Shown here in pieces: positions 46,236 to 55,178 of a DNA stretch of 64,000 bases. The translations under genes and the position numbers were made by a program. Numbering within the stretch: position 1 is the first letter of the stretch; the number at the start of each line of letters is the position of its first letter. Under the pieces are notes generated by a model, which saw nothing but the letters and a program-made list of their open reading frames with translations, searched no databases and was not told where the DNA came from. The DNA is from an uncultured Gammaproteobacteria bacterium (GTDB taxonomy: Bacteria; Patescibacteriota; Patescibacteriia; Magasanikbacterales; UBA922), in the NCBI GenBank assembly GCA_964566225.1, contig CAZMHV010000003.1, forward strand, positions 91,151 to 155,150. Reading direction: 5' to 3'.

Positions 46236-46631
46236 ATGTCCCGTCAACGCGTCTGCGCAATCATCCTCGATAACAAAAAAATTTTCCTGGTCCGTGATTA
46301 CAAGGCAGATTTTTTTAGTATGCCTGGTGGGTCACTGGAAGAGAGTGAAGATCATACTGCGGCCATGGCGCGAGAACTCCAAGAGGAGATTGCTGTGGCA
46401 CTCACAGATATGAAATATTATTTTTCTTTTGATTTGCACAATCAAACATACAATGTGCCACAGACTGATCATGCTTACATTGTTAGCCTTGAAGGGACGC
46501 CTATTTGTTCAAGTGAAATTCGTGAGCTGGGGTGGTTTACTAAAGAAGATATTGTGTCACAAAAGGTAAAAGTGCCTGAGGCATTTTATTCAAAATTATT
46601 TCCGAAGCTTGTTGAAGAAAATTATTTATAA
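46236..46631 (+). CDS. NUDIX hydrolase
   Basis: Nudix box GGSLEESEDHTAAMARELQEEIAV. Confidence 0.75.
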   Translation: MSRQRVCAIILDNKKIFLVRDYKADFFSMPGGSLEESEDHTAAMARELQEEIAVALTDMKYYFSFDLHNQTYNVPQTDHAYIVSLEGTPICSSEIRELGWFTKEDIVSQKVKVPEAFYSKLFPKLVEENYL

Positions 46632-46639
46632 AAAATAAA

Positions 46640-46670
46640 AAACATCCACAACAAATGGATGTTTTTTCAA
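46640..46670. terminator. Bidirectional rho-independent terminator
   Basis: aaaaaacatccac-aacaa-atggatgtttttt. Confidence 0.6.
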
Positions 46671-46783
46671 CTCACCAGAAAAAGTATTTGTCTTGTAAGC
46701 TGACGGGACGTGGGGCAGCACGTCGCGAGTTGAAAGAACGAATTTCCCCTTTTCTGCCCAGGGGACGATGTGGTAGCCAGCCC

Positions 46784-47350
46784 TCAGCTGCCGATGATGT
46801 GCTCGCCGGGGTTGTCCCACCCCAGCCACACCAGGTCCCGCGCACTCGACAGGTCGCCACTGCTGAGCTCGCCGGCGTCCTGTCCCGGGTACATGGTCTG
46901 GATTTCGAAGACCCAGTGGCTTGTGTACCTCATCCTCAGCACCATGGTCATGAGGCTCGTCTTGGGGGCGAGCCGTCGACCGATGGGGAGGAAGAACGCG
47001 GTGGTCCGCTTGTTGAGCGGCTTGTACTCTCCGGCGTCGATGTCCTCCGCCGTGAGCTCGTACAGGGGGATGGTCGACGACCACCCTATGGCAGGGGGGC
47101 CGCCGAAGTCGAGCTGCAGTCGCACCGGCTTGTTGACGCTCGGCACGTTGACCAGCTTCTGGAGCTCCGCCACCAGCACCTGAGCCACCTCGGGGTCGCG
47201 AACGAAGTCGTCGAAGCAGCTCCACTCGGCGAAGTTCCCTGCCAGGGCCAACTTGCGACCGCGGAAGCAGGTTTCGGTGAGCCGCCTGCCCTGTTCGGCC
47301 GGCATGACCACCTCTACCTTCGATTTGTCCTCGAGTTCGAAAAACGGCAT
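46784..47350 (-). CDS. GC-rich hypothetical protein (188 aa)
   Basis: The minus-strand ORF has balanced amino-acid composition and G/C-ending codons. An AAAGGA RBS sits before the ATG. The opposite-strand ORF is Arg/Pro/Gly-rich antisense shadow. Confidence 0.5.
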   Translation of the reverse strand: MPFFELEDKSKVEVVMPAEQGRRLTETCFRGRKLALAGNFAEWSCFDDFVRDPEVAQVLVAELQKLVNVPSVNKPVRLQLDFGGPPAIGWSSTIPLYELTAEDIDAGEYKPLNKRTTAFFLPIGRRLAPKTSLMTMVLRMRYTSHWVFEIQTMYPGQDAGELSSGDLSSARDLVWLGWDNPGEHIIGS

Positions 47351-47472
47351 GTGCCGTCCTTTCTTCAGTGCCGGGACCGTTCCCGGTTTTTTTCTCCATT
47401 ATAGAGAGAGAAAAATCGGGAATGGTTACTACGGCAAAAAGATATCATCTTATATTATGTTTATGTATTTTT

Positions 47473-47507
47473 GTCAAGTGTTATATATTGTGGTATACTC
47501 TACTTGC
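47473..47507 (+). promoter_or_regulatory. Putative promoter TTGTCA-N17-TATACT (extended -10 TGg) for the gene at 47536
   Basis: ttgtcaagtgttatatattgtggtatact. Confidence 0.4.
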
Positions 47508-47535
47508 CTGTAACTTTTAACTCACGCGCATTGGC

Positions 47536-47886
47536 ATGCGTTTGAGAAATTCTATGGTTCTTTCAACCCCCCAAGACTTACTGTATATAGTCTTAGCCGT
47601 GTGCGCCATTTGGCTCACCATATTTTTGTGTTGGCTTTTGTATCAAGCTATTCGCATGCTCAAAAATGCGAATTCAATTATTGAAACCGTTACCAATAAA
47701 CTTGAACTCATCAATGATGCGGTACAGTTTATGCGAGAAAAAATGGATGGTGTTTCTCGCCAAATGAGTTCAGTCAGTGGAATGCTCGGGGGACTTATTG
47801 AAAAATTTGTTCTTGCCAAGCTTTCGAGTAAACTGGAAGAAAAAATGAGTGAAAAAAAAGAAACCAGTCGAAGGCGAAAAGCGTAG
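47536..47886 (+). CDS. Hypothetical small membrane protein (about 110 aa)
   Basis: One or two TM helices and a charged C-terminus. A terminator lies downstream. Confidence 0.45.
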   Translation: MRLRNSMVLSTPQDLLYIVLAVCAIWLTIFLCWLLYQAIRMLKNANSIIETVTNKLELINDAVQFMREKMDGVSRQMSSVSGMLGGLIEKFVLAKLSSKLEEKMSEKKETSRRRKA

Positions 47887-47927
47887 TTCAAATTGATTGT
47901 ATTGGATTTTCGAAAATTTTTATAAAA

Positions 47928-47958
47928 CAAAAAAGAGCCTTCGGTGGCTCTTTTTGAA
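47928..47958. terminator. Bidirectional terminator
   Basis: aaaagagcc-ttcggt-ggctcttttt. Confidence 0.55.
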
Positions 47959-47959
47959 T

Positions 47960-48802
47960 TTAAGATCGAAATAAGCTACGTAAGAGTGATACCAGTAAAA
48001 GATGGAGTAAAGAAATAAAAATGGCATAGAGAAAAATAGCAATAATAAGTGTTATGAGTGCATAACTTTTTTGGAGATAATTGTTTACTGGAATACCCAA
48101 AAATACTGGCAGTGCATTTACTAAAATAAGAAGAATAATCATCCAGACAAAACCACCCCACATGTTTTTGAGATCTTGGTCACTTGGCGCAATGTGTGAA
48201 GCAACACAAAAAGAAAGGTAGAGAAAAGCATAAAAAATACTCGTTTGTAAATTTGAGAGAGCAAAAAGATGTTGTAAAAATTGTAACAGCGAAGAAAAAA
48301 GAATTGGAAGGGTGTATTCTTCGTGTGAAATATATGAAAATATTTCTTTGGCATTGGGTACAAAATAGTAGAGCATCGCAACCAGTACTCCACTTCCAAA
48401 TATCATGGGGGCGGCTCCAATAAAAAAATTTCCGACACGTTGATAAAGACTATATGTTTGAAATTCGTGTTCTACATGGCCAAGACCTCCGGTATTTGCA
48501 TTTGGTTCAAATAATCCAATGTAGGTAACTTTGTGTCTAAAAATTTTTGCAAATACTACATGGCCAATTTCGTGAATGGGTGTCCCAAACCAGGCAGTGA
48601 GTAAAATTCCTTTCCAACCAATGGAGCGAGCATATTGATTGTTGGTCCATTTTTGCAGTTTGAGTAATATAAAACCAAGAACAAAAAAGATTCCAAAGAG
48701 ACTAAATATTTGAATGCCAACGGTTTTGAAAAGATTGAGGAGAAACTCTTGCACATGAAAAAAATAAAAGGTCACACAAACTGTGTGACCATAGTATATC
48801 AT
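47960..48802 (-). CDS. Polytopic membrane protein with an intramembrane HExxH motif (putative zinc metalloprotease, M50/DUF3267-like)
   Basis: GTPIHEIGHVVFAKIF within a hydrophobic context, and several TM helices. Confidence 0.5.
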   Translation of the reverse strand: MIYYGHTVCVTFYFFHVQEFLLNLFKTVGIQIFSLFGIFFVLGFILLKLQKWTNNQYARSIGWKGILLTAWFGTPIHEIGHVVFAKIFRHKVTYIGLFEPNANTGGLGHVEHEFQTYSLYQRVGNFFIGAAPMIFGSGVLVAMLYYFVPNAKEIFSYISHEEYTLPILFSSLLQFLQHLFALSNLQTSIFYAFLYLSFCVASHIAPSDQDLKNMWGGFVWMIILLILVNALPVFLGIPVNNYLQKSYALITLIIAIFLYAIFISLLHLLLVSLLRSLFRS

Positions 48803-48836
48803 TTTTTGCAGGGACCGGGGAGGCAGAGCTTACGCA

Positions 48837-49025
48837 TCACTTTTTTGGGGGTGTGCTCTTGGCGCTGTCTCCTCGGGGGGCTCCTTCTCGTGTGAAGAGG
48901 GCGATGACGACGATAAAGGCACCCAGGCACATGGCCGGGGCGTACTCCTTGATGTTGGGGGCAAAAATGGCTGGTCCGACAGTGGACACGAGCCCAATGA
49001 GAGCGAGAACCACGGAGTTATTCAT
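48837..49025 (-). CDS. GC-rich small two-TM protein (62 aa)
   Basis: MNNSVVLALIGLVSTVGPAIFAPNIKEYAPAMCLGAFIVVIALF..., on a ~220-bp G+C-rich patch. Confidence 0.35.
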   Translation of the reverse strand: MNNSVVLALIGLVSTVGPAIFAPNIKEYAPAMCLGAFIVVIALFTREGAPRGDSAKSTPPKK

Positions 49026-49082
49026 GAGACCTCTTTTCTGTGAGTCTTCTTTGTATATCTTGTTTTGTCGTTTTTGTCAATA

Positions 49083-49113
49083 CAAAAACGACCTTAAAGA
49101 CTAAGGTCGTTTT
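49083..49113. terminator. Bidirectional terminator at the rpmA 3' end
   Basis: aaacgacctta-aagac-taaggtcgtttt. Confidence 0.5.
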
Positions 49114-49126
49114 GAATATTGAAATA

Positions 49127-49408
49127 TTACGCTACGGGCAAAATACTCACGTATTTACTCATTTTGAGCTGACCGTCAAAACGGGTACGCTTTTTTTGAG
49201 TAAATTTCACTTTTCCAGGGATCATTGAGAACAGAGTGTCGTCTGTACCTTTTTGAACATTTTTCCCTGGGTGAATGCGAGTACCACGTTGGCGAACCAA
49301 CACTTGGCCTGCATTAACCATTTCTCCGTCGCCCACTTTCGTTCCCAAATACTGTGGATTTGAGTCACGCCCTAACCGGGTGGAACCACCGGCTTTTTTG
49401 TGTGCCAT
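49127..49408 (-). CDS. rpmA: 50S ribosomal protein L27
   Basis: [24 protein letters not shown]...[11 protein letters not shown]. Confidence 0.85.
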   Translation of the reverse strand: MAHKKAGGSTRLGRDSNPQYLGTKVGDGEMVNAGQVLVRQRGTRIHPGKNVQKGTDDTLFSMIPGKVKFTQKKRTRFDGQLKMSKYVSILPVA

Positions 49409-49542
49409 ACTTCAATGAGTAGTGGAACATCCCTATATATCCGCTTTCGCCCTTTTGGGGCTACTGCGAACGAGGGAAACCGCCCGATCCTGCCTCCCTG
49501 CAGTACCGTCGTTAACCATGTCGTAAAATTAAAAGTGGCCTT

Positions 49543-49593
49543 ATTATAGGGCAAAAGGGTTCGTTTGTCAAGGGGGCAAAATTGGGGTATACT
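49543..49593. promoter_or_regulatory. Face-to-face overlapping divergent promoters. The minus-strand one is TTGACA-N17-TATAAT for rpmA. The plus-strand one is TTGTCA-N17-TATACT for the gene at 49600.
   Basis: Plus strand ttgtcaagggggcaaaattggggtatact; minus strand ttgacaaacgaacccttttgccctataat. The two -35 hexamers are reverse complements of the same site. Confidence 0.5.
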
Positions 49594-49599
49594 AAGCAT

Positions 49600-49950
49600 A
49601 TGTATCCAATAAAATTGTACTTCAAACGACCTGGAAATTTTGTCCCACTGATTATTTCGGGGCTACTCAATCTCTTTACTTGGGGTTGGCTTTTGTTTTA
49701 TATACGCAAACAAGAAGATCCCGTATTTTTGCACTATACAGTTATTTTTGGGGTAGATTATACTGGTGACTGGAAACAAGTGTTTTTAGTACCACTTGGC
49801 GGGCTATTTATTTTGCTCCTCAATATGATGCTCGGGTGGTTATTGTTTCACAAAGATGACTTTGCAGGGTATGTACTCAATGCTGTAGCGCTTATTATCC
49901 AAATTATTCTGTTGGTTACCTCGGTGCTTTTGGTGTTGCTCAATGTATAA
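49600..49950 (+). CDS. Hypothetical small membrane protein (3 TM), probably leaderless
   Basis: The ATG lies ~7 nt after the TATACT -10. The track ORF starts at 49582 on a TTG. Confidence 0.45.
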   Translation: MYPIKLYFKRPGNFVPLIISGLLNLFTWGWLLFYIRKQEDPVFLHYTVIFGVDYTGDWKQVFLVPLGGLFILLLNMMLGWLLFHKDDFAGYVLNAVALIIQIILLVTSVLLVLLNV

Positions 49951-49953
49951 ATT

Positions 49954-51063
49954 ATGCGTGGGACTTCTTCTCATACACCGGATTATACACTTTTGACTCT
50001 GTTTGGAGTTCTTCTTGTTTTTGGGTTAATAATGCTTATTTCTGCAAGTTCTCCTGTAGGGTATGATCGTTTTCAAGATCATTATTTTTTTGTGAAACGT
50101 CAGTTGCTTTTGGGTTTTTTACCAGGTTTTTTGGGTTTTTTGTTTTTTTCCAAACTTTCTTTTCCCTCACTCAAAAAAGTTGGTCTTGGAATTTTTTATG
50201 TGAGTATTTTGATGCTTATTGCTGTTTTGATTCCAGGGCTCGGTTCAGAAAATGGGACTTTTGCACGAAGTTGGATTCATATCGCAGGCTTTTCTTTTCA
50301 ACCAGCCGAAATTATGAAGCTTGGTTTTATATTTTTTTTCGCCGCACATCTTGCCAAAGTAGGCGATACGTTGCAAGATTTTAAACAAGGATTTTTGCCT
50401 GCCTTGGCAGTCGCTATGGTTCCCATAGGCCTGCTTATTTTGCAGCCAGATATCGGGACTGCAGCCATTATGTTTGCTATTATTATGGGCATGCTTTTTT
50501 TGGCCAAGGCAGATATTTGGCATATTAATGCACTTGGGCTTTTGGCCATACTTGGGTTTGCCGTTATGATTGCCATAGCTCCGTATCGTGCTGCACGTTT
50601 TACTACTTTTTTGCATCCAGAACTTGATCCTCAGGGAATTGGGTACCATATCAACCAGGCTTCTTTGGCTATTGGGTCAGGTGGGTTCATGGGGCTTGGA
50701 TATGGACATTCACGTCAAAAGTTTCAATACCTTCCAGAAGTGCATGCTGATAGTATATTTGCCGTCATTGCAGAAGAAATGGGATTTTTTATTTCGGTAG
50801 CATTTATTCTGCTTATTATGTTTATTTGTTTGCGTGGTTTCAAAATGGCCAAATCTATCCCAGATGACTTTGGAAAGTATGTTATTTCTGGAATTTTGGT
50901 ATGGTTTTTGGTCCAGTCATTTTTTAATATCGCTGCCATGTTGGGGCTTATGCCTATTACGGGGGTGCCGTTGCCATTTGTGAGTCATGGTGGTACTGCT
51001 TTGGCGATTTCACTCTCTGCGGTTGGCGTGATCATGAATATCAGTAAACAAAGAAAAATATGA
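49954..51063 (+). CDS. ftsW: SEDS family peptidoglycan polymerase FtsW/RodA (likely FtsW, given murG adjacency)
   Basis: Ten-TM SEDS pattern with conserved segments PAEIMKLGFIFF and HGGTALAIS. Confidence 0.85.
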   Translation: MRGTSSHTPDYTLLTLFGVLLVFGLIMLISASSPVGYDRFQDHYFFVKRQLLLGFLPGFLGFLFFSKLSFPSLKKVGLGIFYVSILMLIAVLIPGLGSENGTFARSWIHIAGFSFQPAEIMKLGFIFFFAAHLAKVGDTLQDFKQGFLPALAVAMVPIGLLILQPDIGTAAIMFAIIMGMLFLAKADIWHINALGLLAILGFAVMIAIAPYRAARFTTFLHPELDPQGIGYHINQASLAIGSGGFMGLGYGHSRQKFQYLPEVHADSIFAVIAEEMGFFISVAFILLIMFICLRGFKMAKSIPDDFGKYVISGILVWFLVQSFFNIAAMLGLMPITGVPLPFVSHGGTALAISLSAVGVIMNISKQRKI

Positions 51064-52163
51064 GAGAAAGATCGATTCTGCGACTTCAAGATGCGTCATC
51101 AGCTGAAATTGAGAGAGATATTGTTTCGGCAGATTTTATTTCGGCCGAAAAAGTACGAGCCTATGCTCGTCAAATTGCACAGCAGATTCAATCTCTTAGC
51201 CAATGGAGTGACTCTGCCACATATGTTATTGACGCACTGAGTGTATCCAAAATTGCAGAGCTCGTTGGCTTGGTGTCGTCAACTGACGATGGGGAAGTTG
51301 TTCGTGATGAACAAATCAAAGAAGTGTTGGAACCCATAAGAAAAAGAGTTCTTGCTGAGTTAGCGCACTATCTCGATCCTGATCAGTATTTTCTTATCAA
51401 AGAAAAAATCGCACAAACAAATAGAAATATGATTCATGTTGTTGAAGGTCATCCTCGACAACAACCAAAAATTTTACGTGAAGTTGTGTCTCCTGAGCAA
51501 ATAAATCACAATATTGAGATCGATGTTGAAGCCTTACAACGCTTTGAACAACTCGACAAACACCCCGCATTTGTGGATATCTCGCTCTATGATCCACGAC
51601 TTGGAAAAATGGTATGCGAAAAATTAGACCTTATTACGCTTGAAGAAATTTTTGATCAAAAAGAGTTAATGCATAAGTATTCTTTTGAAGAACTCTTGGG
51701 TATACTCCTCCATCTTATGGATGGGGCACTTTTTTTGGCAAAAAATAATCTCATGATGGAAGATATTTCTTTGAAGAACAGTGGTATTGATCAAAAAACA
51801 CAAAAAGGTATATTTTTTGATATAGAAGGTCTTGCGGTACTTGGAAAAAAATCACGTTTTCGTAAGCACGAACAATTTTGGCTCCCACCTGAATTGAATT
51901 CCGAAATACAAAGTGTTGCACGAACTGAAAAAGAGATGGTATTTCAATTTGGCGTACTGCTTGAAGATATTTGGGCTCGAAAATCTCTGGGTTTTCCTGA
52001 TTTATACATTGATGCGTTGCAAGATATTATGACTCAAATGACACAAAAAAATCCGGCGAATCGTTTGACGTTACAATCTGCATATAATAGGTTGCAAAAA
52101 ATGAAAAAAGATTTAAAAAGAGAAAAAGAACAAATATCAAAAGCACCAAAGAGACTGTTCTAA
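51060..52163 (+). CDS. Hypothetical protein with a protein-kinase-like fold, inserted between ftsW and murG
   Basis: Catalytic-loop-like LMMEDISLKNSG (D...N spacing as in HRDxxxxN) and a DFG-like FFDIEG about 14 aa later. Its ATG overlaps the ftsW stop (ATGA). Confidence 0.5.
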   Translation: MRERSILRLQDASSAEIERDIVSADFISAEKVRAYARQIAQQIQSLSQWSDSATYVIDALSVSKIAELVGLVSSTDDGEVVRDEQIKEVLEPIRKRVLAELAHYLDPDQYFLIKEKIAQTNRNMIHVVEGHPRQQPKILREVVSPEQINHNIEIDVEALQRFEQLDKHPAFVDISLYDPRLGKMVCEKLDLITLEEIFDQKELMHKYSFEELLGILLHLMDGALFLAKNNLMMEDISLKNSGIDQKTQKGIFFDIEGLAVLGKKSRFRKHEQFWLPPELNSEIQSVARTEKEMVFQFGVLLEDIWARKSLGFPDLYIDALQDIMTQMTQKNPANRLTLQSAYNRLQKMKKDLKREKEQISKAPKRLF

Positions 52164-52187
52164 AATTTTTTGTTGAATGTAAAAACT

Positions 52188-53261
52188 ATGAAAATAATTT
52201 TTTCGGGTGGTGGTACCTTGGGGCCTGTTACGCCACTTCTGGCTATGAAAGAAATAATTGAACAAGTGTATCCCAATGCTGAATTTTTTTGGATTGGTAC
52301 TGTAAATGGACCAGAAAAAGAATTGGTTCAAAAAGAGGGGATACAATTTTTTGCCATTTCTTCGGGGAAACTGAGGCGCTATATTTCTATTTGGAATGTA
52401 GTTGATATTTTTCGTTTGGTAGCCGGATTTTTTCAATCTCTTAAAATTATTTGGAAACACAATCCTGATGTGTGTATCTCGGCTGGTGGCTTTGTGTCTG
52501 TACCAGTACATTTTGCAGCTTCGTTCTTGGTGGTCCCGACTTGGATCCACCAACAAGATATTCAAGTGGGACTGGCCAATCGTCTCATGAGTCCGTTGGC
52601 GCACATTATTACTGTGGCTACCAAACAGCAGCTTTCGTTTTTTTCACGCACCAAAACATTTTTGCTTGGAAATCCAATTCGCAGAGCTGTCTTTACTGGA
52701 GTGAAACAAAGTGCAAAAAAACTTTTTGGAATTGAGTCAGATCTGCCCGTGGTATTTGTTACTGGTGGGGGAACTGGGTCACTCAAGGTCAATCAAATGA
52801 TTGTTGAGGCATTGCCACAATTGCAGGGGGTTTGTGAAGTGATACATCTTTCTGGGAAAGAACGACCACATGAATTGACTGAACGTGCTGCCAAACATTC
52901 CAAATTTTATCATACCTATGAATTTTTTACTTCAGAAATGAAAGAAGCCTATGCACTGGCAGATATTGTCGTCTCTCGTGGTGGTTTTGGAACACTCACT
53001 GAAATTGCGGCACTTCACAAAGCCGCGATTCTTATTCCCAAACCTGGTCATCAAGAACAAAATGTAGCATTTTTACGAAATGCCAATGCAGCTCTGATGC
53101 TTGATGAACGGAATGACAATGGACTTATTCTTGCTGGTAAAATAAAAGAGTTACTGCATGATCATAAAATGCGAGATGATCTATCGGATCGTTTACAGAG
53201 TTTGCTTTCACCTGCAAAAAGTGAAAAGGTAATAGAAATTTTGAAAAAAATTGTTGGATAA
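52188..53261 (+). CDS. murG: Undecaprenyldiphospho-muramoylpentapeptide beta-N-acetylglucosaminyltransferase MurG
   Basis: N-terminal MKIIFSGGGTLG, GT-B fold, and C-terminal SRGGFGTLTE. Confidence 0.85.
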   Translation: MKIIFSGGGTLGPVTPLLAMKEIIEQVYPNAEFFWIGTVNGPEKELVQKEGIQFFAISSGKLRRYISIWNVVDIFRLVAGFFQSLKIIWKHNPDVCISAGGFVSVPVHFAASFLVVPTWIHQQDIQVGLANRLMSPLAHIITVATKQQLSFFSRTKTFLLGNPIRRAVFTGVKQSAKKLFGIESDLPVVFVTGGGTGSLKVNQMIVEALPQLQGVCEVIHLSGKERPHELTERAAKHSKFYHTYEFFTSEMKEAYALADIVVSRGGFGTLTEIAALHKAAILIPKPGHQEQNVAFLRNANAALMLDERNDNGLILAGKIKELLHDHKMRDDLSDRLQSLLSPAKSEKVIEILKKIVG

Positions 53262-53358
53262 TAAACACTGTGCAAAAATATTTGGTATCATACACATCAA
53301 TTTCTGTTCATAATTTGTAAACAGTGGTATAATAGGAACACTTCAGTTTCAAACATAT

Positions 53359-55170
53359 ATGCCTGCACACTATCTCAAACACGAGAATAGTCCCAAAAAT
53401 CCAATTGACGAAGATATTTGTCTCTTTGCTCAAACGCATTACCGCAATCAAATGCGTCGTTTTGGTATTAAACTTGATGATCGTAGACGTCACATGTATT
53501 TGGTGGGCAAAACCGGTATGGGAAAGTCTACGCTCATGGAAAACATGATGCTTCAAGATATTCAAAAAGGTTTTGGCATTGGGCTTGTGGATCCACATGG
53601 AGACTTAGCCGAAAAAATTATTGATTTTATTCCTGCAAATCGTATTAATGATGTTGTATACTTTAATCCAGCCGATACTGACTACCCAATTGGTTTTAAT
53701 ATTTTGGAAGTAAAGAACGAAGAACAAAAGCATCTGGTAGCCGCTGGTCTCATGGGCGTATTCAAAAAGATCTGGCCAGATGTGTGGAGTGCTCGTATGG
53801 AATATATTTTGAATAATACACTTTTAGCTTTACTCGAATATCCAGGTTCCACATTGCTCGGTATCAATCGTCTGTTATCAGACAAAAAATACCGCAACCG
53901 TGTGGTGCGTCAAGTAAAAGATCCTGTCATCAAATCATTTTGGCAAATTGAATTTGCCAGTTATAACGAACGGTATGCCCAAGAAGCGGTAGCCTCTATC
54001 CAAAATAAAATTGGACAATTTTTGTCTGCCAATGTGATTCGTAACATGGTGGCGCAGGTAAAATCTACGGTGGATGTGCGCAAAATCATGGATGAAGGAA
54101 AAATTCTTATCATGAACCTCAGTAAAGGAAGAATTGGTGAAGACAATAGTCGTCTGCTCGGTGGTATGCTTATCACCAAAATCCAGCTGGCAGCTATGGA
54201 ACGTGTGGATACTCCCGAAAAAGATCGTCGTGATTTCTTTTTGTATGTAGATGAATTTCAAAACTTTGCCACACCTTCTTTTGCTAACATTCTCTCAGAA
54301 GCGCGTAAGTATCGCCTGAGTCTTATTATGGCGCACCAATATATTGCCCAGCTTGACGAAGTTGTAGGGGATGCTGTATTTGGAAATGTGGGAACTATTG
54401 TGGCTTTTCGTGTTGGTGGAGCAGACTCAGAGATTTTGGCCAAAGAATTTGCCCCAATATTTCTCGAAGAAGACATTGTAAATTTGGCGAAATTCAACAT
54501 CATGCTCAAACTCATGATCAATGGTGTTGCCTCACAGCCATTTAGTGCTTTTTCTATGGGGCCGCTTGGATCACCGACTGGGAGTACAGAAAAAGTGATT
54601 CGTGTTTCTCGTGAACGATATGCCAAAAAACGCGAGATCATTGAAGAAAAAATTACTCGTTGGAGTGGACTCGGGCTTGGGGAAGATGATGGGGAAGGTG
54701 ATGATGATTTTGATGATGATGTTAATGATGCGCCTCCTACTTCGGCTGTGGCAACCAAATCTGCGGTTGTGGTTGCCAAGACACCTGTGCCTGTAAAATT
54801 GGGAGCACTTCCTACTCGTGATCATTTGGTTCGTAGTGGCAGTGGACAAAAATTAGATCCAAAGCCATTGTCAGAAATAAGTTTTGATACAGAACCTGAA
54901 AGCAAAGAACCCGATCAGACAGCTGTGGAGTCTCAACCAAATGAGCTACCATCAGTGGCTGTACCTTCAAATACTTTGAGGAGCGAACCTGGAACGGAAA
55001 AAAAGAAGAGAAAACGCAAACGCAAGAGAAAAAACAAAGGTGGCGGAGGTGGACAAGAGAGTATTGTGTCAGCAGCTTCTCTCCGTGCGGCTCAAGAAGA
55101 CCCCATTGAAATCAGTCCACCAGATGTGATAAGCTTTGATGATGATCCAGATCCACTTGAACTGATGTAA
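53359..55170 (+). CDS. P-loop ATPase of the HerA/FtsK/VirD4 (TraD-like coupling protein, DUF87/AAA_10-like) superfamily, with an acidic and Lys-rich C-terminal tail
   Basis: Walker A LVGKTGMGKST and Walker B FLYVDEFQNF. A long low-complexity tail ends EDDGEGDDDFDDD...KKKRKRKRKRKNKGGGGG. Confidence 0.6.
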   Translation: MPAHYLKHENSPKNPIDEDICLFAQTHYRNQMRRFGIKLDDRRRHMYLVGKTGMGKSTLMENMMLQDIQKGFGIGLVDPHGDLAEKIIDFIPANRINDVVYFNPADTDYPIGFNILEVKNEEQKHLVAAGLMGVFKKIWPDVWSARMEYILNNTLLALLEYPGSTLLGINRLLSDKKYRNRVVRQVKDPVIKSFWQIEFASYNERYAQEAVASIQNKIGQFLSANVIRNMVAQVKSTVDVRKIMDEGKILIMNLSKGRIGEDNSRLLGGMLITKIQLAAMERVDTPEKDRRDFFLYVDEFQNFATPSFANILSEARKYRLSLIMAHQYIAQLDEVVGDAVFGNVGTIVAFRVGGADSEILAKEFAPIFLEEDIVNLAKFNIMLKLMINGVASQPFSAFSMGPLGSPTGSTEKVIRVSRERYAKKREIIEEKITRWSGLGLGEDDGEGDDDFDDDVNDAPPTSAVATKSAVVVAKTPVPVKLGALPTRDHLVRSGSGQKLDPKPLSEISFDTEPESKEPDQTAVESQPNELPSVAVPSNTLRSEPGTEKKKRKRKRKRKNKGGGGGQESIVSAASLRAAQEDPIEISPPDVISFDDDPDPLELM

Positions 55171-55178
55171 TTTTTTGT

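Noticed and set aside
46655-47404. 249-aa plus-strand ORF spanning island C
   Set aside because: The composition is Arg/Pro/Gly-rich and low-complexity, typical of an antisense shadow ORF in G+C-rich DNA. The minus-strand ORF has a balanced composition and an RBS, and a plus-strand terminator-like hairpin overlaps this ORF's end.
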